From Octopus vulgaris (taxonomy: Eukaryota), in contig OX597816.1 in the NCBI GenBank assembly GCA_951406725.2, positions 121,458,001 to 121,522,000 of the forward strand: a DNA stretch of 64,000 nucleotides, written 5' to 3'. Numbering within the stretch: position 1 is the stretch's first letter; each line of letters opens with the position of its first letter. Made by a program: the position numbers and the translations under genes. This document shows, one piece after another, positions 14,832-28,674 of the stretch. A model generated the notes under the pieces. The model had not been told where the DNA came from and made no database searches. It saw only the letters and a list, made by a program, of their open reading frames with translations.

Positions 14832-15295
14832 GCACATGAACACAACATTTGAGTGAGGTCGTTGTCAGTACTGCTGGACTGACTCCTGTGCAGGTGGCAC
14901 GTAAAAAACACCATTTGAGCATGGCCATTGCCAGTACCGCTAGACTGGCCCTCATGCCGGTGGCACGTAAAAGCACCCACTACACTCTCGGAGTGGTTGG
15001 CATTATGAAGGGCATCCAGCTGTAGAAACTCTGCCAGATCAGATTGGAGCCTGATGCAGCCATCTGGTTCGCCAGTCCTCAGTCAAATTGTCCAACCCAT
15101 GCTAGCATGGAAAGTGGACGTTAAATGATGATGATGATGAACAACAACATCGAAAAATACCTTAGGAATGAGAACTCAGGTTTGAAATTTCCCCAAGACA
15201 CCTGATGAAGGCTGGAGGGTATATCAACTTAAACGTTTTGTTAACAACAAACAAGATGAGGACAAATATCCGTCAATTGTAAATAATGTAAATTC
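14712..15295 (+). mobile_element. tRNA-headed SINE with hammerhead-like 3' part, interrupted by an RTE-type 3' tail insert (14831-15139)
   Basis: A box TGGTGTAGTGG 14718-14728, B box GAATTCGATTCC 14761-14772, then (AAT)n, an insert ending ccaacccatgctagcatggaaagtggacgttaaa(tga)n, then aacaacaac...cctgatgaaggctgg...aaacgtt. Confidence 0.65.
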
Positions 15296-16844
15296 AAAAT
15301 TTTCTTCTAGAATCATGAAATATCTGCTGGAGGTGAAATTTCATCCAAATCAAGAGATGTAGGTTTAGTCATATTTCGTGGAAATCGTACCACTTTTCAC
15401 CTATATCAACTAATAGAAATAAAAGTAACATTGTTCATCTAAGAACACTGGCCTATATCAGTGTCTGGTCTTGTCTGGTAGCTGTATGTCTGTAATTGAG
15501 TCCCTTAACTAGACAACTGGCATTTTATCAAGTAGGGGGACTTGCCTTATATTTGCTTATTACCATTTGACAATACTGGTGCTTTTCAGCTCTTCAGGAC
15601 CCCAGGGAGATTTACATTATAAAATAATGCCAGTGCTTATTCAGTTCTTTGATTTCAATGATATCTACATTTTATGCACTTGGTAATAAATAACTTCTGA
15701 TTGTTCTGATATTTCAAAGATGTTCTCTCATGGAGCTCTTAAACTGTAACCTGAGTTGATATATATCAGGAGTGTTTAATCAATGGTGTATCTATTTCTA
15801 GAGCAAGTTAAACAAGCCTTTGCACTGAACTCAAATCAAATACAAGAAATTTCAGCCATCAACACAACATATTATATTTCAGTTCAAAGCTTTATCAGAC
15901 TAGGATTTAACCTAACTCTCTTCCACTTTGCTTGTCAAGTTCTATTGTATGTTATTGTTTAGGTTTTTTTTATCTCAAACCAACCATAAATCTTGAGGTG
16001 AAGAAATTATTATTCAACTATTATGCAGCAATTTCTCAGTAATGGCAGATATGGACTGATGATTTAAGGCCTTGCTCTTCTGATAAGGTTATGTTGATTT
16101 GAAGCTAAACTTCTTTTGTTCTGAGATATTTTTCTTCTTTATTTTACACTGGAAAGAGAGAAATATATCTAGAAAGCAAATGTCAAATGATTTGGTAATG
16201 TTTAGAATATCCACAGTCAACAGCAATATGTGTGTGTGTGTGCACATGTGTACATGTTTATACATACTTGTCAAAAAGAGGGGGGGGTATCTTAATACTG
16301 CCAACCATGTGACTAGCTTCAATGCAAAACTATCTGTTGATGATATCAGTCAAATGAACGGAAGTCATTGATAGCACTATCAATCACATGACCAATCACC
16401 AGACCAACCACTTCACCTACTACTAAATTAATTAAATGGTGTTGCCCACCTTCAATATGCTAAACAGCTTTTCCATTCATTATTTCAGACTCACCAATGA
16501 TTATGCTTGACTAATGGTAATTGTGCAAAACCTTTAGCTAGGAGAAAATAATCCAGTTTATCAAAATACAATTGTGTGTGTCTGTGTGTAACTGGGTATA
16601 AGAAGAATTAGTTGTAGTGTATTGGTATGGGCATGTAATTAGTTTGGAGGATAACGTATGGGTAAAGAGGTGCCAGGAGATTCCTGTGGAAGGAACCAGC
16701 AGAAGAGGAAGATAAAGGATGTCATGTGTACAAGTAATGAATTCTAATTTCCTAAAAGACATGGCAAAAGAATGCAACAAGTGGTAGATGCTATGCTAGA
16801 GAGACCCATGTGCCTTTTGTGGAAATGATTATTATTATTATCGT

Positions 16845-17085
16845 TATTAAGGCAGTGAGCTGGCAGAATCGTTAGCACAGCGTGCAAAATGCTTAGTGGC
16901 ATTTTGCCTATCGTTACGTTCTGAGTTCAAATTCAGCGGGGGTCAACTTTGCATTTCATCCTTTCAGGGTCAATAATTTAAGTACCACTGAAACACTGGG
17001 GTGATGTAATCAGCTAGTCACCTCCCACCAAATTCCATGCCTTGTGTCTTTAGGAGAAAGGATGATGATTATTATTTTTGTTATT
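16845..17085 (+). mobile_element. SINE family A copy
   Basis: aaggcagtgagctggcagaatcgttagc...gttctgagttcaaattc...aagtaccactgaaacactgggg. Confidence 0.85.
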
Positions 17086-18462
17086 ATTATTATCATTAGT
17101 ATTATTATTGTTATCTAATACAAGAGAGAGATTCTAAATAGGGGTGTTTATAACAGCGATGTCTTTCTTATTTTACAAGCAATGCTTCTCATAGAATCCC
17201 TACAGAGTTATTATGTCAACCTTATTAAAAATTCTTTTATGTTTTTTTTTGTGTTTTTTTTTTTTTTAACATTTATGGGAAACAATTGAACATGACATGA
17301 TTAATTTGTCTTTTGTTTCTCCGGCCTACTCATAAGCTGTAGATATCATCTCAAAACATCATCAGGTAGATGTATGTCTGATAACAAAGTTTCTGCATCA
17401 TTTTTACCCCATGCCTTTCGTCCTTAACAGTTGAAAATTTGAATCCAAAATACCGACTTGTTTTATATTGAATTGTCAAAATTTTATCATGTTTACTGAT
17501 AGTAAATAGCTTAGAGTAAAATAATTTAGTTGACTTATCAATATTAGCAGGGTCAAGGTGGTAAGCTGGCAGAATCATTAGCACACTGGGCAAAATGTTT
17601 GGTGATATTTAGTCTGCCATTATGTTCTGAGTTCAAATTCTGCTTTTCATCCTTTTAGAGTCAATAAAATAAGTAGCACTGGGATCAATGTAATCAACTT
17701 AGCTCTTTCCCTGAAGTTGCTGGCCTTGTGCCAGAATTTTAAACTAATATTAGTAGGGTCCATTAACAACACTTCTCCTTTATAAAAAAAAAGAATTAAG
17801 TGCCCAAGAAAAACCAACAAAATTTGATAGTTATTACCATTTACCTTCAAGTCAGCTCTGTTTGGGTAGACCTGTCATCCTATGCATTCTAGCCATCACT
17901 ATCATTATTTTATATATTTTGAAATACTTTATTCAGTGTGTTCTTCCTTTTCCAAGATGACGTAGATCTAATTTGAGAAATATTTTGCTGTTATTTTTAA
18001 ATAGTTCAAGTGACTGCTAAGAAGCCCTTTTGTTGGGTCAAACATTAAATGGTGTTGTCTGTTTTCAAATCCAGTTGAAACTACTTCATTTATCAAATAC
18101 TCTGAAGGCTGCATGAATGATACACTCAGTGACTGGAAACTAATGCCAAGTACTGAAGGCCGCAATGAATATGCCTCATAGTGTGTAGTTTCATTCATAC
18201 CATCATGCTTGTTTGCTTTTCCTTCTTGTAGAGTTAATAAAATAAGTAGCTGGTAACTTGGGGTAAATGCATTTTTTAACAAGCTACATATGTAGCTTTG
18301 TGCCACTGTAAAAAGTTTATACTTGAACTTAAATTCTCCTATCCAAAAATTTCCCACAAGTTTGCTAAAATAAATAGTTATGTGAAATTGTTCATAGATG
18401 TATCTGTCCCTATTAGAAGATCCTTTCACCTAGTAGAGAAGGAGGGTCATTATTTCTTGCAG

Positions 18463-18535
<73 letters not shown>

Positions 18536-18765
18536 GTGAGATATATATTTTCTTCATTGTTTGAATGTCCACTTTTTCTTACATGAGTCAGATGGTGTTT
18601 GTTGTGGCAGATTTTCTACAGCCTTTGGCCTTCTTGTCTCCAATCCTCACCTGTTACTACATAAGATAATATTTTCTCATGGACTAATGTGTCTTTTCGG
18701 AAGATTAGAAGGAAATAACTCTGCTTGCATGACAGTGACACTCATTTGCATTTGTGGTATCAAGA

Positions 18766-18829
<64 letters not shown>

Positions 18830-19069
18830 CATACAACTGGCTTCTTTTTAATTTCTTTTCTGATAAATCTTTCATAACGCTTCCAAAGCCTTTAGTTGAA
18901 GTCACTTGCCCAAGATACTGTAACTGTGGAACTGAACCTAAAACTATGTGGTTGGGAAGTGAACTTAACTTCTTGACCATATTCGTGTCTGTGCCTACAT
19001 ACACATACATACATACATATTTATATGTGGGGTGGGGATATATCTGTAGATTTTAGCCAACACTGTTCA

Positions 19070-19320
19070 CAACAGGAAGATGTAAACATTCTCTTTATAC
19101 ATACAATGTCTTCATTGGTTGAAAAAGAGAGTATTCATCCAGATAGTTTTCAGTTATGTGTTGGGATATCATACTCAATCAAATGTCTTTAACCTTCCAC
19201 TAAGACACTGCTTTTAATGCTGCTAAATTGCTGATGAAATACCAACACAGGATTGGCCCACTTTTTCCTGTCTCTCCATGAAGGTAGTATATAGATGATG
19301 TTTTTGCATTTGTCTCTTTC
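19070..19320 (+). mobile_element. Highly decayed Penelope-type reverse transcriptase fragment (tentative)
   Basis: tat ata gat gat gtt ttt gca ttt = YIDDVFAF near 19288-19311, and tct ctt tat aca = SLYT near 19090. Frameshifts and stops lie between them. Confidence 0.3.
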
Positions 19321-21462
19321 AAACAGCAATGACTATGGCATGGAAAGTAAACACTTAATACACACACATACACATAAATGTATATGTGTCACTATCCTAA
19401 TATTATGTTTGTTTTTCTGGGCTTGCATAGAAAAGTAGGTTCATCTTTCTCTTTCAAGGTGCCTCACCACATGTTGTATTCCATTATTATTTCTTTCATG
19501 AAGTTCAGTATTCTTGAATCAACCTTCATTACTTCTTCACTTATCTTTCTCAGTCTTCTTCTGTATGTTCTTTCCAGTTGCACTGCTTAGCACTCTATAC
19601 AACTGCATTTTGAATTCTTTGAAAAACTGTTGGATTTCCAAAACATTTCTTTATCATCTTAATTTAAACTGATAATTAGAATTGTGTGTGAACAAAAGTC
19701 TCTTCACATATTTGGTCCTCAAAAAGAAATTTTGTATATCAGTAAATAATTCAGTGCCACTCAGATATAATGACTGACAAGAAGTGCTTATACATTTGGC
19801 TCTTGAAAGTCTGCTTGGGTTGCTCCAGATTTTATTGGCTGAATACTGGAAACTCCTCTCTAGGCAATGAAAATACTTAGTATCATGCAGACTTCATACC
19901 ATGCTGTCTTTTATAATACATTTGAAGCTTAACTCTAATTTTGATAGAGCTGTAACTTTGTGAATTTTATAAAACCTATAGTTGCAAAAACCTGCCTTTT
20001 ATAAACTGTTATAATAGTTGCAGCTATCTGTTTGTTATGTAAAGTGCTGATGGCTGTTTTTGTTTTTCTTTTTCAATTGCTTTATCATTAACTGTTGCCA
20101 TCTGAAGGTACTTTTCTTTAAATTTGATTATGTGAAGTGCTATTTAATATCTGTCAAAGACACACAATTGTATTTCATAACTACACCTTTACTATCCAGA
20201 CAATTGTTCCTCCCTTTGTATGTTATTTGTTGCTTTCTTTGTATGTAGTTTTGATGCAGAAAGTGGTGATACACATCAGCTTCATGTCAATCCCACTCTT
20301 AATAAGCAAATTTATAACTATATCAGTACCATCTCCAAAAAAAAAGAGGTTACTTTTTTCCTTCAGAAACTTAGTAAATTTACGGTTTGTTGGCTCAGAT
20401 TATTTGTAAAAATCAAAAGAGGTTAATTTTAGTGGTTCTGAACTAAAATGATATATTGAAATTGAAATAATTTTATAATGTTTGCTTCTGTGTTGTGTGC
20501 CTGTTGACTGCAATAATAATTGGGGACTAATCACAGTTCGAACTTTCTATGCTTATTAAGAAATCACACATCTGCTTTCAAAGAAATACATATGTAGTGA
20601 TTTGGTTGGGAAGGTTTACTAAACAAAATATGGAAACAAAAATTTAATTGTTCTTTCTCCAGATGCTAGATATATAAGCAAATGTTTAGGGAGGGAGTAG
20701 CTTGTAAATTAAGATGATACTGTTTCTCAGTCCCAGAATCTGACACCATGTGCTGGTATATGATATTACAAGATGCTACATAGCTTAGCTAGGTAAATGT
20801 TTGCTTGTCTTAGCAGTTGGGAATAGAATCAGTTCCATTTGTAATTGAAATCTGAAAATATCTTCTTTTTTTTTTTTTTGTATGAAGTCTTGATTATAGG
20901 AATGACTCAGTTTATAACAAGCCTTTATTGTCAAAAAGTCTAGATATATTATTTCTAGGTGTGTGTACTTTATCATTCATTCATACATACATATATAGGT
21001 GTGTGTGTACTTTATAAAATATACACATACACGCTACATAAAGGATAAATAAAAGCTTTTATAATTTTGAGAACAGAAATATATTAATTAGAAATGCTAA
21101 AAATAAGTGGATTATTGTCACATTGTAAAAAAAAAAAATACATGCTCACAGCCAGAATAGTGTTGTTCAAAAGTTAACCATGAACTGTAACCATAGTATT
21201 AGAGCCAGTTATGAGAGTTGTATGACTTGTTTTAATAACACATAGTTGCTGCTCTAGCTTTAATATAACTTCTTTTGTTAGTGTTAATAGCTTTTTCACA
21301 ATACCAAACTATTTAGTTTGTATCAGATGATAGAAAATAGCACAATTCACAAATATTTGACTAAACTTTTCAATGTTCACTAAGTTTCATTGTGTGAAAA
21401 CACCAAACAATATGTCTGTGAGGGTGTTTTATTAAAAAAAAAATGTTCATTTTCTTTTGTAG

Positions 21463-21722
21463 CTCTTCACATGCAACAACAACCAGTCCAGGGTGTGAGG
21501 GTACAAAACCCTGGTCAAAGTCCGCAATCGTTAAAACTTTCGCCAGGCCCACAGCCTCAACAACAGTCACCTGGCGGACCACCTCAAGTGGTCAACAACA
21601 CTAACAGTAACAACCAAGTTAATCAAGGTCAGAGAGTAATGGCACCAAGTATTCAGCAACTACAGAATTTAGCTTTGGAAAAAGAGCAACTTAAAAAACG
21701 AGCAGAAGAAATCACACGACAG
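21463..21722 (+). CDS. YAP1: YAP/Yorkie exon: Q/P-rich region and coiled coil
   Basis: ttttcttttgtag acceptor and gtatct donor at 21723. The phase-1 join gives CCT (Pro). Reads LHMQQQPVQG...IQQLQNLALEKEQLKKRAEEITRQ, like the YAP coiled coil [21 protein letters not shown]. Confidence 0.93.
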
Positions 21723-23905
21723 GTATCTGATCCTTTATCATTGTCATTATTGCTGCGGTCATCTGGAATGTATGTCAGTGAAAGTTAATATGGGCTGATA
21801 GAGGCACAGATGGGCTTAAATAATGCAATATAGGCTATTCATTGGAATTTTACCGCAGGAAATTCCATTATATCTTGTTTTGCCGATGTATATCCCTCTA
21901 CTTTACCCAGTTTACCTAGCTGAAAATATGTGTCACTCCTTCCTCCAGGTTGACTTATGAGAAATGGTTCCTGGCTGGAAATGGTTGTCAGCTATTAGAC
22001 CCCTACAAGTGATTGGATTACCAAAGTTATCTCACTTATTCTACCATAATAAACTGGGCAAATGTGTGTGAGCATATAAATGCTTACACTCAGTCACATA
22101 TGTGAATACATGCACATACATAAGGACACAGGGAATGAATCACAATTGGCTAAGCTGTTGCAGCTGGCCAAAATGTTTGCAGTTTCTCTTGATATAACAG
22201 ATGTTGTACTGTAGTTATACTGGTGCTTCACTGTCAATGATGCAGTTTATGAAGGTGAAAATAGGGACTACAGGTGAAGCACTACCCATTGTTGTTATAA
22301 CTGATGAAAGTTTCATCCAATTTTCATTTTGGTGATTTATTGTAGAGGGTTTAAATAATATTAGTAATATCCTTGATACAAGGTGCATCTAAAACCTGTT
22401 GATTCCTTTTAGTGTTGTAGAAACAACCCTTTTATATATATATCCTATGCAGCCCAGAAGTATTAGTACAGTCAAAGATTACACGTTTTATTGCTAAAAT
22501 ATGATATATATCTGTACTTGAATATGTAATTTTTGCTGTGTTACTTTTGGGGTGCTCTCTACAGTAAAGTAATTCAGCTTGCACATATACCCAGTATACC
22601 TGATGATTTTGTTTAAATACAATAACTTAATTCCTTTCCTGTTGTTTTGATACATGAACAACTCTTCTTATAGTTTTCTAGTCCTAATAATTTTTGATGA
22701 TTAGTAATTACAAGGTTCATGCATCTCCTATGTTGATTAGTTCTCACACTCCCAACTGCTGGATGGCAGTTGACTCACCCGAGTTCATCCACCTTTTAAC
22801 TGGTATACACACATGTATACATACATGTTTCTCCTCTGAACTTTGGTTACTGTTATGAAGCATCATATAGTTGGGTTATCAGAATTTAACAGACGACACA
22901 GTGTTTTACAGCAAGATGTGTTTAGTGACAGTTATCTTACTATCAGCCTGATTTTTATTATGTGTTATAGTATACTTAACTATTCTGGACTGATAAAGCT
23001 TAGCTTCTACTCCTAAAAAGAAAAACAAAACCTTCAAAATGTTTCACTAGCAGCAAATATATCTATAAGTAACAATGATACCTTTATTGCCACACAGGTG
23101 AAATGGCTCAAAAACATGAGCTGAAATGCTGGAGTTCTAAAGTTCTGAGTCCATATACAAAGTTGGCCAAAAGTCAACCAACAGTAAATCAAAATTCCAT
23201 AAATACTATCTGTAACTCTGTATTGACTCGAATGGAAAAATGTGTCGCTCAAAAAGGACTCCAATTTGAACAATTTCCATGATGTTTCATATTTAGATGC
23301 TTTTATTAAATTCATTCAGTTATTAAACATAAATAAATCTTGGAATTAAATGGTGGCTTTTGGCAAACCCTGTATTATCTAGATTAAGTTTTTTTCTCAT
23401 ATTTCTTGTATGACTTAGAATTGAATATCAGTATCATTCTAAACTAAACTGCTCATCAATAATATACTTTTTTGTCTCTTTTTCTTGCTTTGTAAAATTC
23501 TACAAATAAGTTATCAAACATTGATCATCTAATTCTTTCAATTCTAACTTGCGTCACTGCTTGAGATCAACCCTCATGATATAAACTTTCTTGTTTTAAA
23601 GTGATCTAAATTGAAACCTTCCATCAAATGTTCATGTTGGTTTATGTTCTAAACACCATATTAACTATTATGAAATTTTTCATTACTTTGAAAATTAATT
23701 GAAGTAAATGCAGTGTATTTCAACAGAAATATAATAACAAAATGGTCAATTCTAATTAATAATTGAAATTAGATTGATTTTCAAATATTAATAAGTATTC
23801 TTCCAATATAGTTTGTTCAAAAGTTTAGAAATTGTAAAATCCTTAATTGTAAGATATCAAACTCTGATGTCAATTGTGGTATTTTTGTTGTTCTCTAATT
23901 TGAAG

Positions 23906-24056
23906 GAATTGTTGCTCCGAGCACAGATGCATCCTGAATCTGAACTACCAATCCCACAAACTAGTGAAATGACTTCAGTTGCTGATCCATTTTTAGGACA
24001 CACTACCAATCAGGCAGACCTACACTCAAGACAAGAAAGTTCAGATAGTGGACTTG
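23906..24056 (+). CDS. YAP1: YAP/Yorkie exon: C-terminal LATS site (HxRxxS) and phosphodegron
   Basis: AG 23904-23905 and gtaaga donor at 24057. Reads [50 protein letters not shown](G), matching the YAP hallmarks ELALRSQL, DPFL and HSRxESxDSGL. Confidence 0.95.
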
Positions 24057-25679
24057 GTAAGAACAACAATATTCTAGCTAATTTTCTTTATTGATTCCCT
24101 TTTCATATGACAGGGATATCAGCAAACCATCAACAGTTGTCAAATTATGTTGAACACACACACACACACACTGAGCTTCTCCACAGCTTTCAGCTACCAA
24201 ATTCACTCATAAGCATTGTTTGTATTGGCACTATTGTAGAAGATACTCAAAGTGCCACACAGATGCACAAACTACCATATGGTTGCAAAGCAAACATTTT
24301 AACCATACTTCCTTGCCTGCACATACATATTATATATCAGAAGTCTGTAGAAAATATCAGGTCTCTGTCCTACACATGATTTGGTCACTGTTATTCCATA
24401 CCATTGTACATTTAAACACAGCTACAAGTCAACACAACAGCCTTTACATAGCTGCTTGAGCTGCTTGAAATAGTAACAGCTAGATCTATTTTGTGTCACA
24501 CCAATCTTGAACATAAAAGAAAACTACATTGGGCAAGGTATTTCTCAATAAATTATGTCTGGAAAAACAAGTGGATGATCACATCTGGAATGTCTTCAAT
24601 CACGCAGCTGCTAGATCTGAGTTGACCTGGATCTAAATGACAATCTAGATGTATCCTGAATCTTTAGCTACAAATTCAGAAAGCTTATATGCTTATGTTG
24701 TAAATATATGATGAAAGTGACACAACTATAATACACTTGTCTTAGTTTCAGCACAGAAACAGATCGAATATCTTCTGAAGTGATTACAGTATAAGAATTT
24801 TGTATTACACACATACACACGCGTGTGTGTGAGTGAGTGCTCCTTTTGTTCTGAGTTTGAATTTTGCCCTTCTATCAACAGCTTCTCTGAGATGGAAAAG
24901 GGGATCATCAGAGGCTGGCTAATAGTGCTAGGCCTTATCCCAGTTGCATAAATAAATGATGAGCAGGCCCTCGAACAAAGCTGGGTAAACATCAGGACAG
25001 TATATGCATAGACACAGCAAGCTGGAACTACGTAGAAGACATTTGCTTGCCCAAGGTACCACACACTGAGACTGAACCCCAAACTTTGTGTTGGAGGAGG
25101 AAAATTCTCAACCACACTGCTATGCCTGCATCTATATGTATACACACACACACACACAGATATACACAAACATGCATGTGCATGCATATATATGTGTAGA
25201 ACATGATACAACAAGAAATAAGTTAAGAAATTGTTGAGAGATTGTTTCTTTTATTGTAATCATAATAATTGTATACATATATCTACAACAATAACTAGCG
25301 AGTGAATAAGTTTGAAACTTTAAACAGCTGTTATAACTGAGTATGGTTGTTAACCAATATTATTGAAGTGGGACACCATAAAACTGTGTTTATTATCAAA
25401 TTGATATTCATCTTGAATAGTTTTGACCATGTACAAGCATGCAAAATGCATGCAAAAGCATTACCAATACTATGTTACAGAGTTGATAGAAACAGTGTGC
25501 AGATGTTGACCAAATATATTTACATATTAGAATTAGAATGCTATAAAATGATGCTACTCCAACCACAAAGGATAAATTGTGCAAGTCATCATATTTGTAT
25601 GGTTTATGAATTTCCTCTGTGTTTCTGCTGTTTCTCCTTGCTAGTATTGTACTTTACAGTAATGTGATGTGAAAATTAG

Positions 25680-26600
25680 CTTGGTTTAATAGTGTTGGCA
25701 ATATGGAAAGAGAGAGTGACTGAATATTACCACCAGTAGCAGGAGAAATCGATGATGTTGACTTATATTATTACAGGGGATCATACATATTATCATGTGG
25801 TAGATGTACTGGAGATAGAGAAGTTAGTGTTGTTGGCCTGTTGATAACATTATCATAATTAATAGACATACTTGGGAAATTATGTGTTCAGTTAATGCTT
25901 ACTGAATATTATCATCTTCCACTTTAATCCAGGTCATGTTTCGTGCATCTGTGAGAAATTTCATTTCAGTGTATTTGTAATGAGCCATTTGACAACTCAT
26001 TAAAAAGGTTAACTATTATTTTTAATTGCCTGTCAAATAATTTTTCTGCTGGAGATAACCTAATTACACCAGATGCACTGTATTGGTTAAAGAACCCCAT
26101 TAGCAAATACTCATCAAACTTTCCAGCTGATGTATTGCTACCTTTCAAAGCAGAAGTAATTGTTTGCACAGTTCTTTCTGCTGTGATATTAGATTTTGGA
26201 CTACAGGTAAGACTTATAACCTGTCCTTTAATTGAATGAATTCTGGTCCATTGTCTGACACCACTGTCATTAAAATACCAAATCTAGAGAAGATGGGAAA
26301 TAGACCTTTCCCTGCATTTATCTGAGCTTCTCCTGTTCATAAAAGAGCCTTCATTCCAAGTTGCAACTGAATCATTCTGTATTTATCTCCTGTTTATAGG
26401 CAATGATATCATTTCCAAGGTTTTTACCTGTGACATTATTCACCTACCAACCTACCAAACTATGTCATATCAACACTATGGACTTCCTTTGTGTCTTTTT
26501 TCTGGAGTTTACTTGTTTACATTGCAACTATTAAGAACTCTCCACATTCTGAGACTTTTACTGACCTGGTCTATGTAATCTTTTATGTATTTGTTTTTTT
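25680..26600 (-). mobile_element. Decayed Ty3/Gypsy LTR-retrotransposon integrase fragment
   Basis: The minus strand gives PIFSRFG...MTVVSDNGPEF (about 26237-26300) and SNITAERTVQTITSALK...SPAEKLFDRQLK, typical rve integrase core motifs, with stops and frameshifts. Confidence 0.75.
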
Positions 26601-27514
26601 TTTTATATATATAAGTATAAATATGTCATGATCTGATATATATGATACCTGTTGTCTGCCTTTATGCTTTTATTATAATGAAGAGTGCAAATAGCCAATT
26701 TTCATTTAGGTAGCTATCACATTTCTTCATTTAAAACTGGGATTTAGGCGAAAATTCAACCTGATCACTGAGCATTGATTGTATTATACCTATTGTCTTA
26801 GCTCATTTGACATTGTATTACCCATGATAGATATATATCAACATTTTTATATCCACTTTTCCATGCTCACATGGGGTGGATGGAATTTTGTTGAGGTAGC
26901 TTTTCTATAGTTGTATGCCCTTCCAATCACTAACCCTCACCTGTTTCCAAGTAACGTAATATTTTCCCATAACCAGACGTTTTTACAGAAGATTCAGTAT
27001 AAAGGACACTGCATGCATGATGGTGACATTCATCTACAACTATCACAGAATGTCAAAGCAAGGAGACAATAAGACACACACACACACACACACACATGAT
27101 AAGCTTCTTTCAGTTTCCATCTGCCAAATCCACTCACAAGACTTTGGGGCTGGCATGGGACACAGTGGAATTGAACTCAGAACCATGTGATTGGAAAGCA
27201 AACTTCTTACCTGCAACTGCATAAAGTTTTTGTGTTTATATATATACTTTTATTCATATTAATATTTCTTTTTACCATTGGTTATGAAACATGTGGTTAC
27301 TTACATCCACATAAACATGCATTTCAGCCCAATTACCATTATTTTCCTTTTACCCCAAATAAATCAGTGTGGCTGGCTGGTTGGTTGGTTGGTAGAGATG
27401 CTAGAAAGTTCAGTTTGTTGCTTTATATTAACATTTCTGCCTGCTTTAGAATATGAGTTTATTACCTTATTTCCCATCCCTCTGAAAATTGATAAAATAT
27501 ATACCACTTATACT

Positions 27515-27920
27515 GTCATCATCAGGTATCATACATCTGTGGTGCATTGATGACACTACCACAAGAGTCTTCTTGATTAAGTAGGAGTTCTCCAGCTGCT
27601 TTGCCACTATGCTGGTGTAAAATACCTCTGACTATGACAAACTTTCCCATTGAAGATGATGTATGAGTGCTCAGCTTTTGCTGAATGACCTGCACAACTG
27701 ATTTGTTTATAGTGATGAAATATATGCACTGTACATTAAGCTCACTCCCTCCATCAAATCAGCATTGCCTGAACAGGTGCATAGTGTACCACAAATCAGG
27801 TGTCAAAGTGATTGCAGCGCTCTGCTCAAGAACACAACACACCACCTGGTCTAGGAATTAAAATCATGATCTGGTGCTTGTGAATGCAACACCCCAACCA
27901 CTAGGCCATGAATCCTCACC
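27515..27920 (-). mobile_element. tRNA-headed SINE (family D); partial second copy at 29245-29510
   Basis: Ends in gcaacaccccaaccactaggccatg (reverse tRNA-like head). The body aagctcactccctccatcaaat...cattgcctg...tgtcaaagtgattgcag is shared with 29350-29430. Confidence 0.7.
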
Positions 27921-27952
27921 ACCTCTGGCTATAAATAAATATATATATATAA

Positions 27953-27990
<38 letters not shown>

Positions 27991-28179
27991 CCCTTCTCTC
28001 ACATTGTATTTAATACTTTGTTTTGTAAAACAGAAAGAAAGCTTCTATATCTTTAAAGCAGACATGTTTTTTTAGTTGTTGAAAGTTTCATCTTTGAAAA
28101 TAGCAGTAAAATGGAAACAGTTTTTGATAAATTGTGAGTAAGATGAACAAAACTGTGATACATTTTCTAATTATTACAG

Positions 28180-28260
28180 GTGGAATGGGGACCAACTATA
28201 GTTTAAAATCTTCCGAAGATTTCCTGTCAAATGTAGATGAAATGGACACACAAGATGGGG
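28180..28260 (+). CDS. YAP1: YAP/Yorkie 81-nt exon in the activation domain (too short for the ORF track)
   Basis: ttattacag acceptor and gtgagt donor at 28261, phase 1/1. Reads (G)[26 protein letters not shown](G), matching YAP/TAZ YS...DFLxxVDEMDT. Confidence 0.94.
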
Positions 28261-28674
28261 GTGAGTACCAATTGTAACAAATTTATTACCTGCTGATTTT
28301 GGAACACCTGAAGACTTGTCTAAGTGCATGTGTGTGTGTGTGTGTGTGCATGTGTGGTATTATTTAGTGTGACATGTATTCAATTCCATCTGTTGGCAAA
28401 CAGAATCTGTTACACCAGTGTATCTCATAGGAAGGAATGAACTGTGAGGGGGAAAATTGTGTAAACAAATTGCCATTTTAATAGAATTAAGGCTTTATGT
28501 ATACATAGATATAGATATATATGTATTTTCCAAGGAGTGACAAGTTCAAAAAGAAGCTATGTTCTGCCACTTAGAATAAAGTACTCAAAGATAAACCTGA
28601 GTGTGAATAAAATATTCAGTCCATAATCATTAGTCTAACAGAATATATTTTGTTGGACTAACAGTTATGGATTA

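Noticed and set aside
17968-18429. 153-aa minus-strand ORF
   Set aside because: Non-ATG start, no recognisable motif, intronic AT-rich composition and no supporting splice structure.
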